57,641 nucleotides of DNA, taken from the IMG/VR virus record IMGVR_UViG_3300021438_000003, positions 1-57,641 of that record. One strand, written 5' to 3'. The notes under the pieces were generated by a model. That model saw only the letters and a list, made by a program, of their open reading frames with translations, did not search any database and was not told the origin of the DNA. The position numbers were made by a program, and so were the translations under genes. This DNA comes from a virus (Duplodnaviria; Caudoviricetes). This document shows positions 1 through 7,188 of the stretch, piece by piece (the stretch's first letter is position 1; each line of letters starts with the position of its first letter).

Positions 1-127
1 ATGATCGCACCAGCTCTATTGTCAGACGTTCTTTAGCAAGCATGTTATTGTGCGTATTAATATCGTATTCTTCAATGAATGAAGTTATTGGTTTATTTAG
101 TTCATTACATATCAAAAGCAGTCTACC
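1..127. repeat. Terminal direct repeat, left copy (identical to 57515-57641); circular-assembly overlap
   Basis: atgatcgcac...gcagtctacc occurs exactly at both ends. 127 bp equals a common assembler k-mer, and a gene reads through the junction. Unit genome is about 57,514 bp. Confidence 0.95.
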
Positions 128-295
128 AACACATATTCTATTGACCCCATGTTCATATTTAGCTAGCTGCTGGTGCGTAATTCCTGCTGCCTTAGCTAGC
201 TGCTGACGGCTTAAGCCTTTTTCTATTCTAAAGTCATGTATTCTAGAACCTACATGCTTGTCTATGTTTTTTATAAAGTCATTCTTTTTTGCCAT
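1..295 (-). CDS. XRE-family HTH transcriptional regulator, 5' part (continues across the junction to 57447; 120 aa total)
   Basis: ATG at 295 with GGAGGACT RBS. Translates MAKKNDFIKNIDKHVGSRIHDFRIEKGLSRQQLAKAAGITHQQLAKYEHGVNRICVGRLLLICNELNKPITSF..., an alphaproteobacterial/Rickettsia-type XRE signature. Confidence 0.9.
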   Translation of the reverse strand, partial: MAKKNDFIKNIDKHVGSRIHDFRIEKGLSRQQLAKAAGITHQQLAKYEHGVNRICVGRLLLICNELNKPITSFIEEYDINTHNNMLAKERLTIELVRS

Positions 296-320
296 TATAG
301 TCCTCCTTAAAATAATATTA

Positions 321-629
321 CTATATACCTGTCTTTCTATAAATCCTGTAACATTTATCGCTTGTGTTTATCTTGATATCAACCCCTACTATTTCACATA
401 GCCTGTTAATAATTTCCTCTACTACTTCCGCTTTATCCTTATAACTTGCGTTATTACGCTTATTATGTTCATCCATAATCAAACCAAGTGTAAGGGTAGC
501 TAAAGCTATCTGCTCAGTTGGAGTCATATTAAAAGCTACAATTCTTGATTTATTTCCGTCTTCTACGTTTATAATTGCTTTTTTATTACCATAGAGCAGT
601 CTTTCTATAAATCTTGTTATAATATCCAT
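321..629 (-). CDS. Hypothetical early protein
   Basis: 102 aa ORF, GAGGACTAA RBS, tightly packed operon. Confidence 0.75.
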   Translation of the reverse strand: MDIITRFIERLLYGNKKAIINVEDGNKSRIVAFNMTPTEQIALATLTLGLIMDEHNKRNNASYKDKAEVVEEIINRLCEIVGVDIKINTSDKCYRIYRKTGI

Positions 630-646
630 TTAGTCCTCTTTGTTTT

Positions 647-913
647 TTAATTAAAATTACTAAATCTTTTCTCTTCCATATTTTTATACGTATCACTGGT
701 AAAATCCTCATCCTTTATGATCCTGATAAAATCTTCCTTAACCTGTTCTCTCAATGCTCTAAATTCACCTTGTGTTGAACTATAGATGAAGTTAAGCACT
801 GCGTTTGATAAAAGCTCCATTCTTTTGAAATTGCTTACCATCTTGTAACTGATGCAGAATTTTCTAACTCCGTTTTCTTCTTTTTCCTCTATTATTATTG
901 TCGGGTTATCCAT
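647..913 (-). CDS. Hypothetical early protein (likely start MDNPT at 913)
   Basis: GAGGATTAAA directly upstream of ATG 913. Confidence 0.7.
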   Translation of the reverse strand: MDNPTIIIEEKEENGVRKFCISYKMVSNFKRMELLSNAVLNFIYSSTQGEFRALREQVKEDFIRIIKDEDFTSDTYKNMEEKRFSNFN

Positions 914-914
914 T

Positions 915-1127
915 TTAATCCTCATTTAATTCTTTAGATTTAATTTTCAGAGAGTTTTTAGCTAATTCCTTAAGCATTTTTTTAGTTTTCTTATCCGGCG
1001 CATCATTAATAAAATTCCATAAACTAGCAAGCAACATTGTAAAACTATCTTCGGCATCTACATTTTCGTATAATATACTAACTTTATCGTCTATTTTCTC
1101 TATTGTTATTATTTGTTTATCCGTCAT
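915..1127 (-). CDS. Hypothetical early protein (likely start MTDKQ at 1127)
   Basis: GAGGAC RBS; overlaps the upstream gene end. Confidence 0.7.
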   Translation of the reverse strand: MTDKQIITIEKIDDKVSILYENVDAEDSFTMLLASLWNFINDAPDKKTKKMLKELAKNSLKIKSKELNED

Positions 1128-1320
1128 TCTCAATGTCCTCTTTATCTGTTATTCTTAATAAACAATTATCATAATTATATTTTATCAACTTTTTAATCCT
1201 GTTTTCCAATCTGTTCTCATACATTTCTTTTATCTGTTCAGCTGTAAAACCGATTTTCATTAAATTTTTTGATTCATCCAGAAAAGATTTCATTTCTAAA
1301 TATATATCTTCTTTTTTCAT
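1117..1320 (-). CDS. Hypothetical protein
   Basis: 67 aa ORF, AGGACTAA RBS. Confidence 0.7.
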   Translation of the reverse strand: MKKEDIYLEMKSFLDESKNLMKIGFTAEQIKEMYENRLENRIKKLIKYNYDNCLLRITDKEDIENDG

Positions 1321-1326
1321 TTAGTC

Positions 1327-1557
1327 CTAATTGTTCTTTATATCTATTAAACTATCCATTCTACTTTTAACTATAATGAAACCTGGACGTAGTATAGAAT
1401 ACATGTTTTTTATACCTTGTATTCTCCTTCGCCTATTATGCTTAGCGCAAATAACTTCATGTTTTAATTTAAAACCTAATATTCTAACTTTATTTTCAAT
1501 TAAAAATTCCTGTTTTTCTTTACTTAAAAGGTCAAAAATCGGTAAATATGAAAGCAT
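1327..1557 (-). CDS. Hypothetical protein, NK[IV]R[IL] paralogue family
   Basis: FLIENKVRILGFKLK motif shared with 54943, 56988 and 57175 ORFs. Confidence 0.7.
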   Translation of the reverse strand: MLSYLPIFDLLSKEKQEFLIENKVRILGFKLKHEVICAKHNRRRRIQGIKNMYSILRPGFIIVKSRMDSLIDIKNN

Positions 1558-1770
1558 TTATTTTTTATCCTCGCTATAATAACTATCTATGATAAATCTT
1601 ATTTGTTCATGATCGGTTCTGTAATTATTCTTTGAATCCTGTTGTAATTTAGTTCTTACGTTATCATTAAAATTATAATTTGGTGTACCTATAGCAAAAC
1701 CAATAATGAATGAGATAATAACTGATATTACTGACCACATTATAATTAAACCTAAATCATTATTGTTCAT
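1558..1770 (-). CDS. Small single-TM membrane protein
   Basis: Hydrophobic LIIMWSVISVIISFIIGFAIG segment. Confidence 0.7.
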   Translation of the reverse strand: MNNNDLGLIIMWSVISVIISFIIGFAIGTPNYNFNDNVRTKLQQDSKNNYRTDHEQIRFIIDSYYSEDKK

Positions 1771-1952
1771 TTAAAATAATCCTCCCGCTCAAGTCTATCC
1801 ATTACCATATTTCTAATCAGCTCAAGCTGGTTATTAAAACATAACCATTCATGTTCAGGACTGGTTATATACTTATTGTGGAGCATTGATCTAACTGACA
1901 AATTAACGATAAATTCTACTGCATCCTCATATTGTTTATATATTTCGTTCAT
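1767..1952 (-). CDS. Hypothetical protein
   Basis: ATGA overlaps on both sides. Confidence 0.7.
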   Translation of the reverse strand: MNEIYKQYEDAVEFIVNLSVRSMLHNKYITSPEHEWLCFNNQLELIRNMVMDRLEREDYFK

Positions 1953-2206
1953 TTCCCATGCTCCATTTCCAGAACCTCATTAATGTCATGCTCAATTGTG
2001 GTTTTAAGATAAGCGCAGTATTCTTTCTTTTTATTTAATTCTAGATCAAAAAACCATTTACCAGCAGAGTTTTTATAGCAAATAAGTCTGTAGGACTCAG
2101 TATTGGTTTTTATTCTATCCATAAGCTTGTTTATTTCTTCTATACTGCCAGCTAGTGCAATAAAAGGAATAAGGATCATGGACATGGTTAATATAATGTT
2201 TTTCAT
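1949..2206 (-). CDS. Small exported protein (signal peptide)
   Basis: MKNIILTMSMILIPFIALA signal peptide; GGAGCAAGG upstream. Confidence 0.7.
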   Translation of the reverse strand: MKNIILTMSMILIPFIALAGSIEEINKLMDRIKTNTESYRLICYKNSAGKWFFDLELNKKKEYCAYLKTTIEHDINEVLEMEHGK

Positions 2207-2223
2207 TTCCTTGCTCCATAATA

Positions 2224-2325
2224 TTCACTTAACATTAAACGTAATTTTGTAAGGTTGGTATCTACATATTTATCCCGCCAGTTGTCAGTTACCAGCTCTA
2301 CAATTCTTTTTTCAAGTTCTGTCAT
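2224..2325 (-). CDS. 33-aa hypothetical peptide (not in ORF track)
   Basis: MTELEKRIVELVTDNWRDKYVDTNLTKITFNVK*; strong GGAGGACTAA RBS at 2328-2337. Confidence 0.55.
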
Positions 2326-2327
2326 TT

Positions 2328-2762
2328 TTAGTCCTCCATAGTTTTAAGCTGTTTAGCTAGTTTAATACATTCAAGTATTACATAATTAATATCCCTGTAT
2401 ACCTCATCACCGCATACTTCGAGTTTATCTTTTCTTAATTCTTCGCTCATACTAGGTATAAGATCATCAGCGTGCGCACAATCGAAACCAACCAGAAATA
2501 GTTTTAATTTATCATTACTATTATGCTCACCATCCAATATACCAGTAAAAGTAACTCCGCCGTGTACGTCAAATTTATCAAAAACATCATTTTCCTTACG
2601 GCTTTTATTATATAAAGGATGGTTTACAGGTAGGCTTACATAACCGCATAAATGTTTTAATTTTGGATGTCTTTTGATAACTATTGCATAACCAGTCTCA
2701 ACATTCATAAAGTGGTAGTGATCCAATTCAATTTCCCATTGTTTTTTATTGTTATCAGTCAT
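2328..2762 (-). CDS. Conserved phage protein, HxCGYV/DVHGG/GFDCAH type (putative metal-binding); likely start 2762
   Basis: HLCGYV...HP...DVHGGVTF...GFDCAHADD motifs are recurrent in phage early proteins; GGAGGACTG RBS before MTDNN. Confidence 0.8.
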   Translation of the reverse strand: MTDNNKKQWEIELDHYHFMNVETGYAIVIKRHPKLKHLCGYVSLPVNHPLYNKSRKENDVFDKFDVHGGVTFTGILDGEHNSNDKLKLFLVGFDCAHADDLIPSMSEELRKDKLEVCGDEVYRDINYVILECIKLAKQLKTMED

Positions 2763-2781
2763 TTTCAGTCCTCCTTTTTTA

Positions 2782-3021
2782 TCAATCATCATGTTTACTA
2801 CTAAAAATAATCTCATTTGTTTTTATATCTACAACCCGTATTTCATCATCAGTAGTATTTACTATCTTGTCATAATGATCCGAATTTAGGAATAGGTGAA
2901 AGTCAGTTAAGCTTGTGAATTCCAGATTTTCAAACTTTAACCCTGTTTTAGGTTCTATTACGCTAAGTTTATATTTAGGTTTTAAGTTTTCTTCTTTTAA
3001 TATTTCTTTAAATCTATTCAT
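2782..3021 (-). CDS. Hypothetical protein (likely start MNRFK at 3021)
   Basis: GAGGACTG RBS; the upstream part of the track ORF is occupied by the 3036..3215 gene. Confidence 0.7.
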   Translation of the reverse strand: MNRFKEILKEENLKPKYKLSVIEPKTGLKFENLEFTSLTDFHLFLNSDHYDKIVNTTDDEIRVVDIKTNEIIFSSKHDD

Positions 3022-3035
3022 AATTCCAGTCCTCA

Positions 3036-3215
3036 CTATATTGTTGATAAAACCCAAGTCATTGTGTTTGTTAACGCCAGTATACATAAGAATATCATCA
3101 TGACCTTGTCCCTTGGTATTCTAACATATATAACATTATCATTCTTAAAAGTTACATAAACGTATTTGGCAATTAATAAAAATGATGTAAGTATTACAAT
3201 TGATAAGCCGTTCAT
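3036..3215 (-). CDS. 59-aa two-TM membrane protein (not in ORF track)
   Basis: MNGLSIVILTSFLLIAKYVYV...VMMIFLCILALTNTMTWVLSTI*; AGGAGGACTAACA RBS. Confidence 0.65.
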   Translation of the reverse strand: MNGLSIVILTSFLLIAKYVYVTFKNDNVIYVRIPRDKVMMIFLCILALTNTMTWVLSTI

Positions 3216-3219
3216 GATG

Positions 3220-3726
3220 TTAGTCCTCCTTTATCAATTCCTTGATTCTGTTTATAATAGTGCTATTGTTACCAAAATAGTTTTCAAAATATCCAATACC
3301 GCTTTTAGCAAAGTTGGAGTGTTCGTCATAAGAACGATCAACCAGCAGCTGGTAAGCTTCAAGCTTATAAGTCATGTCCATACCAGCACCACCAAAAGAT
3401 AGTATTTCGTATTTATTACCAATGATATCAAAGTAAGTAAAAGGGATAAGATGGCATATAAGCGCAATATCCTCATCGAATGTAACAGGCTCGTAAGCGT
3501 AATTATACATTAAACATGCTTCTTCAACGTTACGTCTAGCGCAATCATACATTTCAGTTTCATCACTGTAATCATCAATATCAAGGTCAGCTAATTCTTC
3601 CTCTATTGCTTTCTCCGATACCATGAAATCATCGATGTGTTCTTCTATATGAAAATCAGGGATGAAATGCTTATTGTAAAAAGCTTCGCTGTGTATTCCA
3701 GATACTCTCTTAAATAATTTAGTCAT
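3220..3726 (-). CDS. Acidic hypothetical phage protein (LSFGGAGMD motif)
   Basis: 168 aa, very acidic N-terminal half; GGAGGACTA RBS. Confidence 0.8.
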   Translation of the reverse strand: MTKLFKRVSGIHSEAFYNKHFIPDFHIEEHIDDFMVSEKAIEEELADLDIDDYSDETEMYDCARRNVEEACLMYNYAYEPVTFDEDIALICHLIPFTYFDIIGNKYEILSFGGAGMDMTYKLEAYQLLVDRSYDEHSNFAKSGIGYFENYFGNNSTIINRIKELIKED

Positions 3727-3738
3727 GGTAGTCCTCCA

Positions 3739-3921
3739 TTAAATCTTTTTATAATTGAAAATATTTGCTACGTAATTTATATGCTTGCTCGTTGTGCGAG
3801 ACCAATAACCAAGTGTTTTGATTAGTCCGTTAACGTGATCTATTTCTGCGACTCTGGTGTTGTATGAGTATATAAATTCATTATCACATGAAAGATTTTT
3901 AGTGTATCTATCGAATTTCAT
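3739..3921 (-). CDS. Conserved small phage protein (YSYNT...WSRTTSKH)
   Basis: First gene after the leftward promoter; motif recurrent in phage early genes. Confidence 0.75.
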   Translation of the reverse strand: MKFDRYTKNLSCDNEFIYSYNTRVAEIDHVNGLIKTLGYWSRTTSKHINYVANIFNYKKI

Positions 3922-3969
3922 AATCAGTCCTCATTGTTTTTGTTTCAATTAACAGTTGCTCGTAAGCTG

Positions 3970-3998
3970 AATATAACCGCATGTTGTTAACGTGTCAA
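3970..3998 (-). promoter_or_regulatory. Sigma70-type leftward early promoter
   Basis: TTGACA (3998-3993)-17 nt-TATATT on the minus strand. Confidence 0.75.
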
Positions 3999-4098
3999 TA
4001 ACTAAAAATTATTTTTTATTACAAATAATAAAAGTGTGTTGTTAAGGTAACAGGTTTTTGTCCTTGTTTTATTCCATAACACCAAGTGGAGTAACGTT

Positions 4099-4328
4099 TA
4101 CTACCCTTTACTACCCTCCATACTACCCCTCTTACTACCCTTCTATCCCTTATATAATAAAGGATAGAAGGGTAAAGGTAGTAAGGTAGTATACTTTTTT
4201 TATAGGAGTTTGATAGAAAAAATAAAATAAAAAATTTATATAAACAATAGAAACGGCTTTACTACCTTACTACCTTACTACCCTAATACCTTGTAAGGCT
4301 TATATCCATTGGTGTTGAGGGGGTAGTA
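4099..4328. repeat. TACTACC iteron array with central hairpin; probable replication origin
   Basis: Forward copies at 4099, 4109, 4121, 4133, 4260, 4268, 4276; inverted GGTAGTA at 4177, 4185, 4322. Inverted repeat TACCCTTCTATCC...GGATAGAAGGGTA at 4136-4174. Confidence 0.75.
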
Positions 4329-4349
4329 AGCTTAAGGGAAACTGTAGTT

Positions 4350-4700
4350 GTTTAAAACTAATATGATATTAAAATAATATTATATTAGTTTTAAGTTAAC
4401 GTTAAATGTAATATCATAAAACTTAGATAAGACTATTATTTTAATATTATATTGTTTTTAATTAATGTTAAAAGTAATATTAATTAAAAACTTAAATAAC
4501 ACTATTATCATGTTAATTTAATATTATGAGGTAGTGTTATACGTAAGTGCAAATAGTATTAAATTAACATTATGATAGTTTTATTTGTAATTATAAAAAT
4601 AATAAATGCAACATTACAAATAACACTATTGTTTTTGTATTATGATGTTATGATGATAGAAATTAATATTAAAAGTAATATTGCAAAAAAATTTAAAATA
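4350..4700. repeat. Extremely AT-rich tract with degenerate direct repeats
   Basis: AATTAAT[G/A]TTAAAAGTAATATT near 4460 and 4661; AAATAACACTATT near 4494 and 4618; no ORF. Confidence 0.6.
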
Positions 4701-4704
4701 ATGC

Positions 4705-4740
4705 TTTACAATTCAAAAAACTTATTTATAGTATTGTAAA
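4705..4740 (+). promoter_or_regulatory. Candidate rightward promoter framed by an 8-bp inverted repeat
   Basis: TTTACA-16-TATAGT; TTTACAAT (4705-4712) and ATTGTAAA (4733-4740). Confidence 0.45.
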
Positions 4741-4767
4741 GACTAATTATGATTAAAAATAATTTAA

Positions 4768-5079
4768 ATGACTACAAAAAAGATTGTTTTTGAGGTAACA
4801 ACAGAAGAATATAAAGTATTAAAGAAATTTGCAAAGATTCTAATAAAAACGGAAAACTCAAAGTTAAGAATAGATAATGCAATAGAAATTATTTTACATG
4901 ATAGAATCGATGAAGGTAAAATAAAAAAGGATGTTTATTATAGTACTAAAGATTTGATGCTGTTAGTAGGTTACATTGAAAGTAAGATTGAATATTTAGA
5001 TAAAGTTAACTTTAATAAGATTTTAAGAAAATATGGATGGTATTTTAATACTAAGATTGGAAAATGGAAAATAAACTAG
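4768..5079 (+). CDS. Hypothetical protein, possible RHH-like N-terminus
   Basis: KKIVFEVTTEEYKVLKKFA beta-alpha pattern. Confidence 0.6.
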   Translation: MTTKKIVFEVTTEEYKVLKKFAKILIKTENSKLRIDNAIEIILHDRIDEGKIKKDVYYSTKDLMLLVGYIESKIEYLDKVNFNKILRKYGWYFNTKIGKWKIN

Positions 5080-5303
5080 ATAAGTTGAAAACAGTTGTTG
5101 TAAGCCTGCGTTTGGGAGTTAATGATTATAAAACAATACAAGGGATGGCAAGGAATGAGGTTAGGTCGTTCAATAATCAGATAAGGTTTATACTTGGTAG
5201 ATATATAAAGAGTGTAGGTTTACAATCTGATGTTTTTGATGATATAGAAGATGAAAAACCTGTTAGGGTTGATTATAATGTAAATACTGATGATATATTT
5301 TAG
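5064..5303 (+). CDS. Arc/ribbon-helix-helix DNA-binding protein
   Basis: VVVSLRL...IQGMARNEVRSFNNQIRFIL matches the Arc pattern LR...A...RS.N. Confidence 0.75.
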   Translation: MENKLDKLKTVVVSLRLGVNDYKTIQGMARNEVRSFNNQIRFILGRYIKSVGLQSDVFDDIEDEKPVRVDYNVNTDDIF

Positions 5304-5507
5304 ATGTTTAGAATATTTAAAGAAAAGATAACTTTAACTCTTGATAGTGGATTGATTAAAGTACATAGTAACGGCATTGATACGGCTAAGTTACTTAGTA
5401 TGCTTGTTAATGCAATAAGTATTACTATATTGAATGCTAGCAATGGTGATATTAATAAGAAAGATGAGCTTGTTAATCAGATAGTAGGATTATTGAAAGG
5501 GGAATAA
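5304..5507 (+). CDS. Hypothetical protein
   Basis: 67 aa ORF abutting neighbours. Confidence 0.65.
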   Translation: MFRIFKEKITLTLDSGLIKVHSNGIDTAKLLSMLVNAISITILNASNGDINKKDELVNQIVGLLKGE

Positions 5508-5686
5508 TGTACCATATACTATTTTTAAGCCTTAACTGGTTTTGCATCATGGCATTATTTCCCGTTGAGGAGATATACAGGTTGCTTACTGCAAAACACT
5601 TGGTATTAGCGGTGTTTATAGTATATGTGTATCATTTAGGATTGATTGGTTTTAAACGAATAGTTGAGTATTTTGATGAGCTCTAG
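5507..5686 (+). CDS. 59-aa membrane protein (not in ORF track)
   Basis: MYHILFLSLNWFCIMALF...LVLAVFIVYVYHLGLIGF...*; TAATG overlap and AAGGGG RBS. Confidence 0.55.
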   Translation: MYHILFLSLNWFCIMALFPVEEIYRLLTAKHLVLAVFIVYVYHLGLIGFKRIVEYFDEL

Positions 5687-5915
5687 TTATATTGACATTA
5701 ACATTAATAGTTTTAAACCTCGTATTGTTTTATTGATGATAAAAAATAATTTTACTAAAAATAAAGCGATTGAAGAAATTTATAAAGAATCAAAAGATAG
5801 AATTAAAGAAATTTTTAATTTTGATCATTTTATTCAATTTGAAGATTTGTTTAATAGTTGGAAACCTGTAATTGTTAAGAATGATTTAGGTGAATATAAA
5901 GTACAATATGAATAA
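5664..5915 (+). CDS. Hypothetical protein (start uncertain)
   Basis: ORF track; in operon orientation. Confidence 0.55.
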   Translation: MSILMSSSYIDININSFKPRIVLLMIKNNFTKNKAIEEIYKESKDRIKEIFNFDHFIQFEDLFNSWKPVIVKNDLGEYKVQYE

Positions 5916-5936
5916 TTAATGATTAGGAATTTTTAG

Positions 5937-6146
5937 ATGGATAAGGACATAGATAATGAGATCAACGACTTACTGATAGGGAAATATAATTATAAAGGTT
6001 ATGTTTTGTTATTAGAGGGTAATAAAGGGGGTTGGAAAAAAGGATATTGGAAGCTTGATAAACTTGATCTTTTAAAAGCAAGTAAGTTTTTATTACATTT
6101 AGATTTATCCGAACGAAGAGACTGCAAAAACAATATTGAAGAATAA
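5937..6146 (+). CDS. Hypothetical protein
   Basis: 69 aa ORF with AGGA RBS. Confidence 0.6.
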   Translation: MDKDIDNEINDLLIGKYNYKGYVLLLEGNKGGWKKGYWKLDKLDLLKASKFLLHLDLSERRDCKNNIEE

Positions 6147-6151
6147 GGTTA

Positions 6152-6670
6152 ATGAGTAAAAAACTGAAAAATGTTACAGGGTCAGAAAAGAAAGAAGTAG
6201 ATTTAGGTGGTCGACCTGAAATAGTTTTAACAGATGAACAAATATCAAGAGTAGAAACTTTAGCAAGCGTATTACGTGTAGAACAGATAGCAGATTACTT
6301 TGGTATATCTCATAAAACTTTCTATGAAATAATGAAAAGAGATGAGCGAGTTTCTACAAGCTATAAAAGGGGTAAAGCCGTTGCAATTGAGGGGGTTGCG
6401 AGCAATTTAATATTAAAATGTCACGCTGGTGACGTTCCCTCAATGATCTTTTATCTCAAAACTCAAGGTCGCTGGAAAGAGAATCATGATCAACCTGAGG
6501 TTAATGTTAATATTAACACATTAACAGACAACCAGAGAAGACAAAAAGAGATAGATATTAAACTCTACGATAAATATCGTCGAGACATGGGTTTTGGTAT
6601 GGATAGCGAGACTGCGATTGATGCTGAGTTTGTGGTGGAAGAGACTAAGTTATTGAAAGATGATGAGTGA
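6152..6670 (+). CDS. terS: Terminase small subunit
   Basis: GGRP...EQIADYFGIS..TFY HTH and GD..SMIFYLKTQGRWKE motif; upstream of terL. Confidence 0.8.
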   Translation: MSKKLKNVTGSEKKEVDLGGRPEIVLTDEQISRVETLASVLRVEQIADYFGISHKTFYEIMKRDERVSTSYKRGKAVAIEGVASNLILKCHAGDVPSMIFYLKTQGRWKENHDQPEVNVNINTLTDNQRRQKEIDIKLYDKYRRDMGFGMDSETAIDAEFVVEETKLLKDDE

Positions 6671-6950
6671 AATAGAATTAAAATATCACTGGGTAGTAGA
6701 TGAGGAGGATAAAAAAGACCTTATATATGTAGATAGAGATACATTACTTGATTATGAAATAATAGATAATCTATTTTAGCAATTAAAATTTGTTTTAAAC
6801 GATCATAAAAATACTCATACAGGGATTATATGCTTTCATTTAGCGGGTTACGTTGCACAGAAGACAGCTGAGATATTTGATATAATAAATACTAATGAAA
6901 GGATAAAATATACTGTGTCCAAGTTAGAGCTTAAAAAGAATAATGATTAA
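6663..6950 (+). pseudogene. 95-codon ORF interrupted by one in-frame TAG (6777-6779)
   Basis: MSEIELKY...IIDNLF*QLKFVLNDHK...KLELKKNND*; overlaps both neighbours like an intact gene. Confidence 0.55.
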
Positions 6951-7161
6951 GATAAATAGAATATACACAGAGATAGAAACCGAGAACGCACTTGATAAAG
7001 AGTATAGGGATTATTACGTAAAAAATAGACGGGTATTTTATATAGATGATGAAGCGTTAAATAGATTTAAAGAAGCCATGCAAACTAAAAGACAAATAGA
7101 AGCTATAGATAAGATTAATAATATAGTTAAAAATGGTTATGTTTCACAACACTGGCGTTAA
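6943..7161 (+). CDS. Hypothetical protein
   Basis: 72 aa ORF. Confidence 0.6.
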   Translation: MIKINRIYTEIETENALDKEYRDYYVKNRRVFYIDDEALNRFKEAMQTKRQIEAIDKINNIVKNGYVSQHWR

Positions 7162-7188
7162 TATATGTGAGGATTAAACCCTAACTAT

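Noticed and set aside
4099-4328. TACTACC repeats as a CRISPR array
   Set aside because: Units are 7-8 bp with no unique 25-45 bp spacers; the Cas4-like gene is a replication-module DUF2800.
4391-4405. CtrA boxes TTAA-N7-TTAA (also 51240-51254)
   Set aside because: They fit an alphaproteobacterial host, but about a dozen are expected by chance in DNA this AT-rich, so they are not supportable alone.
6777-6779. Genome-wide TAG recoding
   Set aside because: Many genes end in TAG with the next gene starting immediately (e.g. 5303, 19454, 27114, 41808), and long genes are uninterrupted in code 11.
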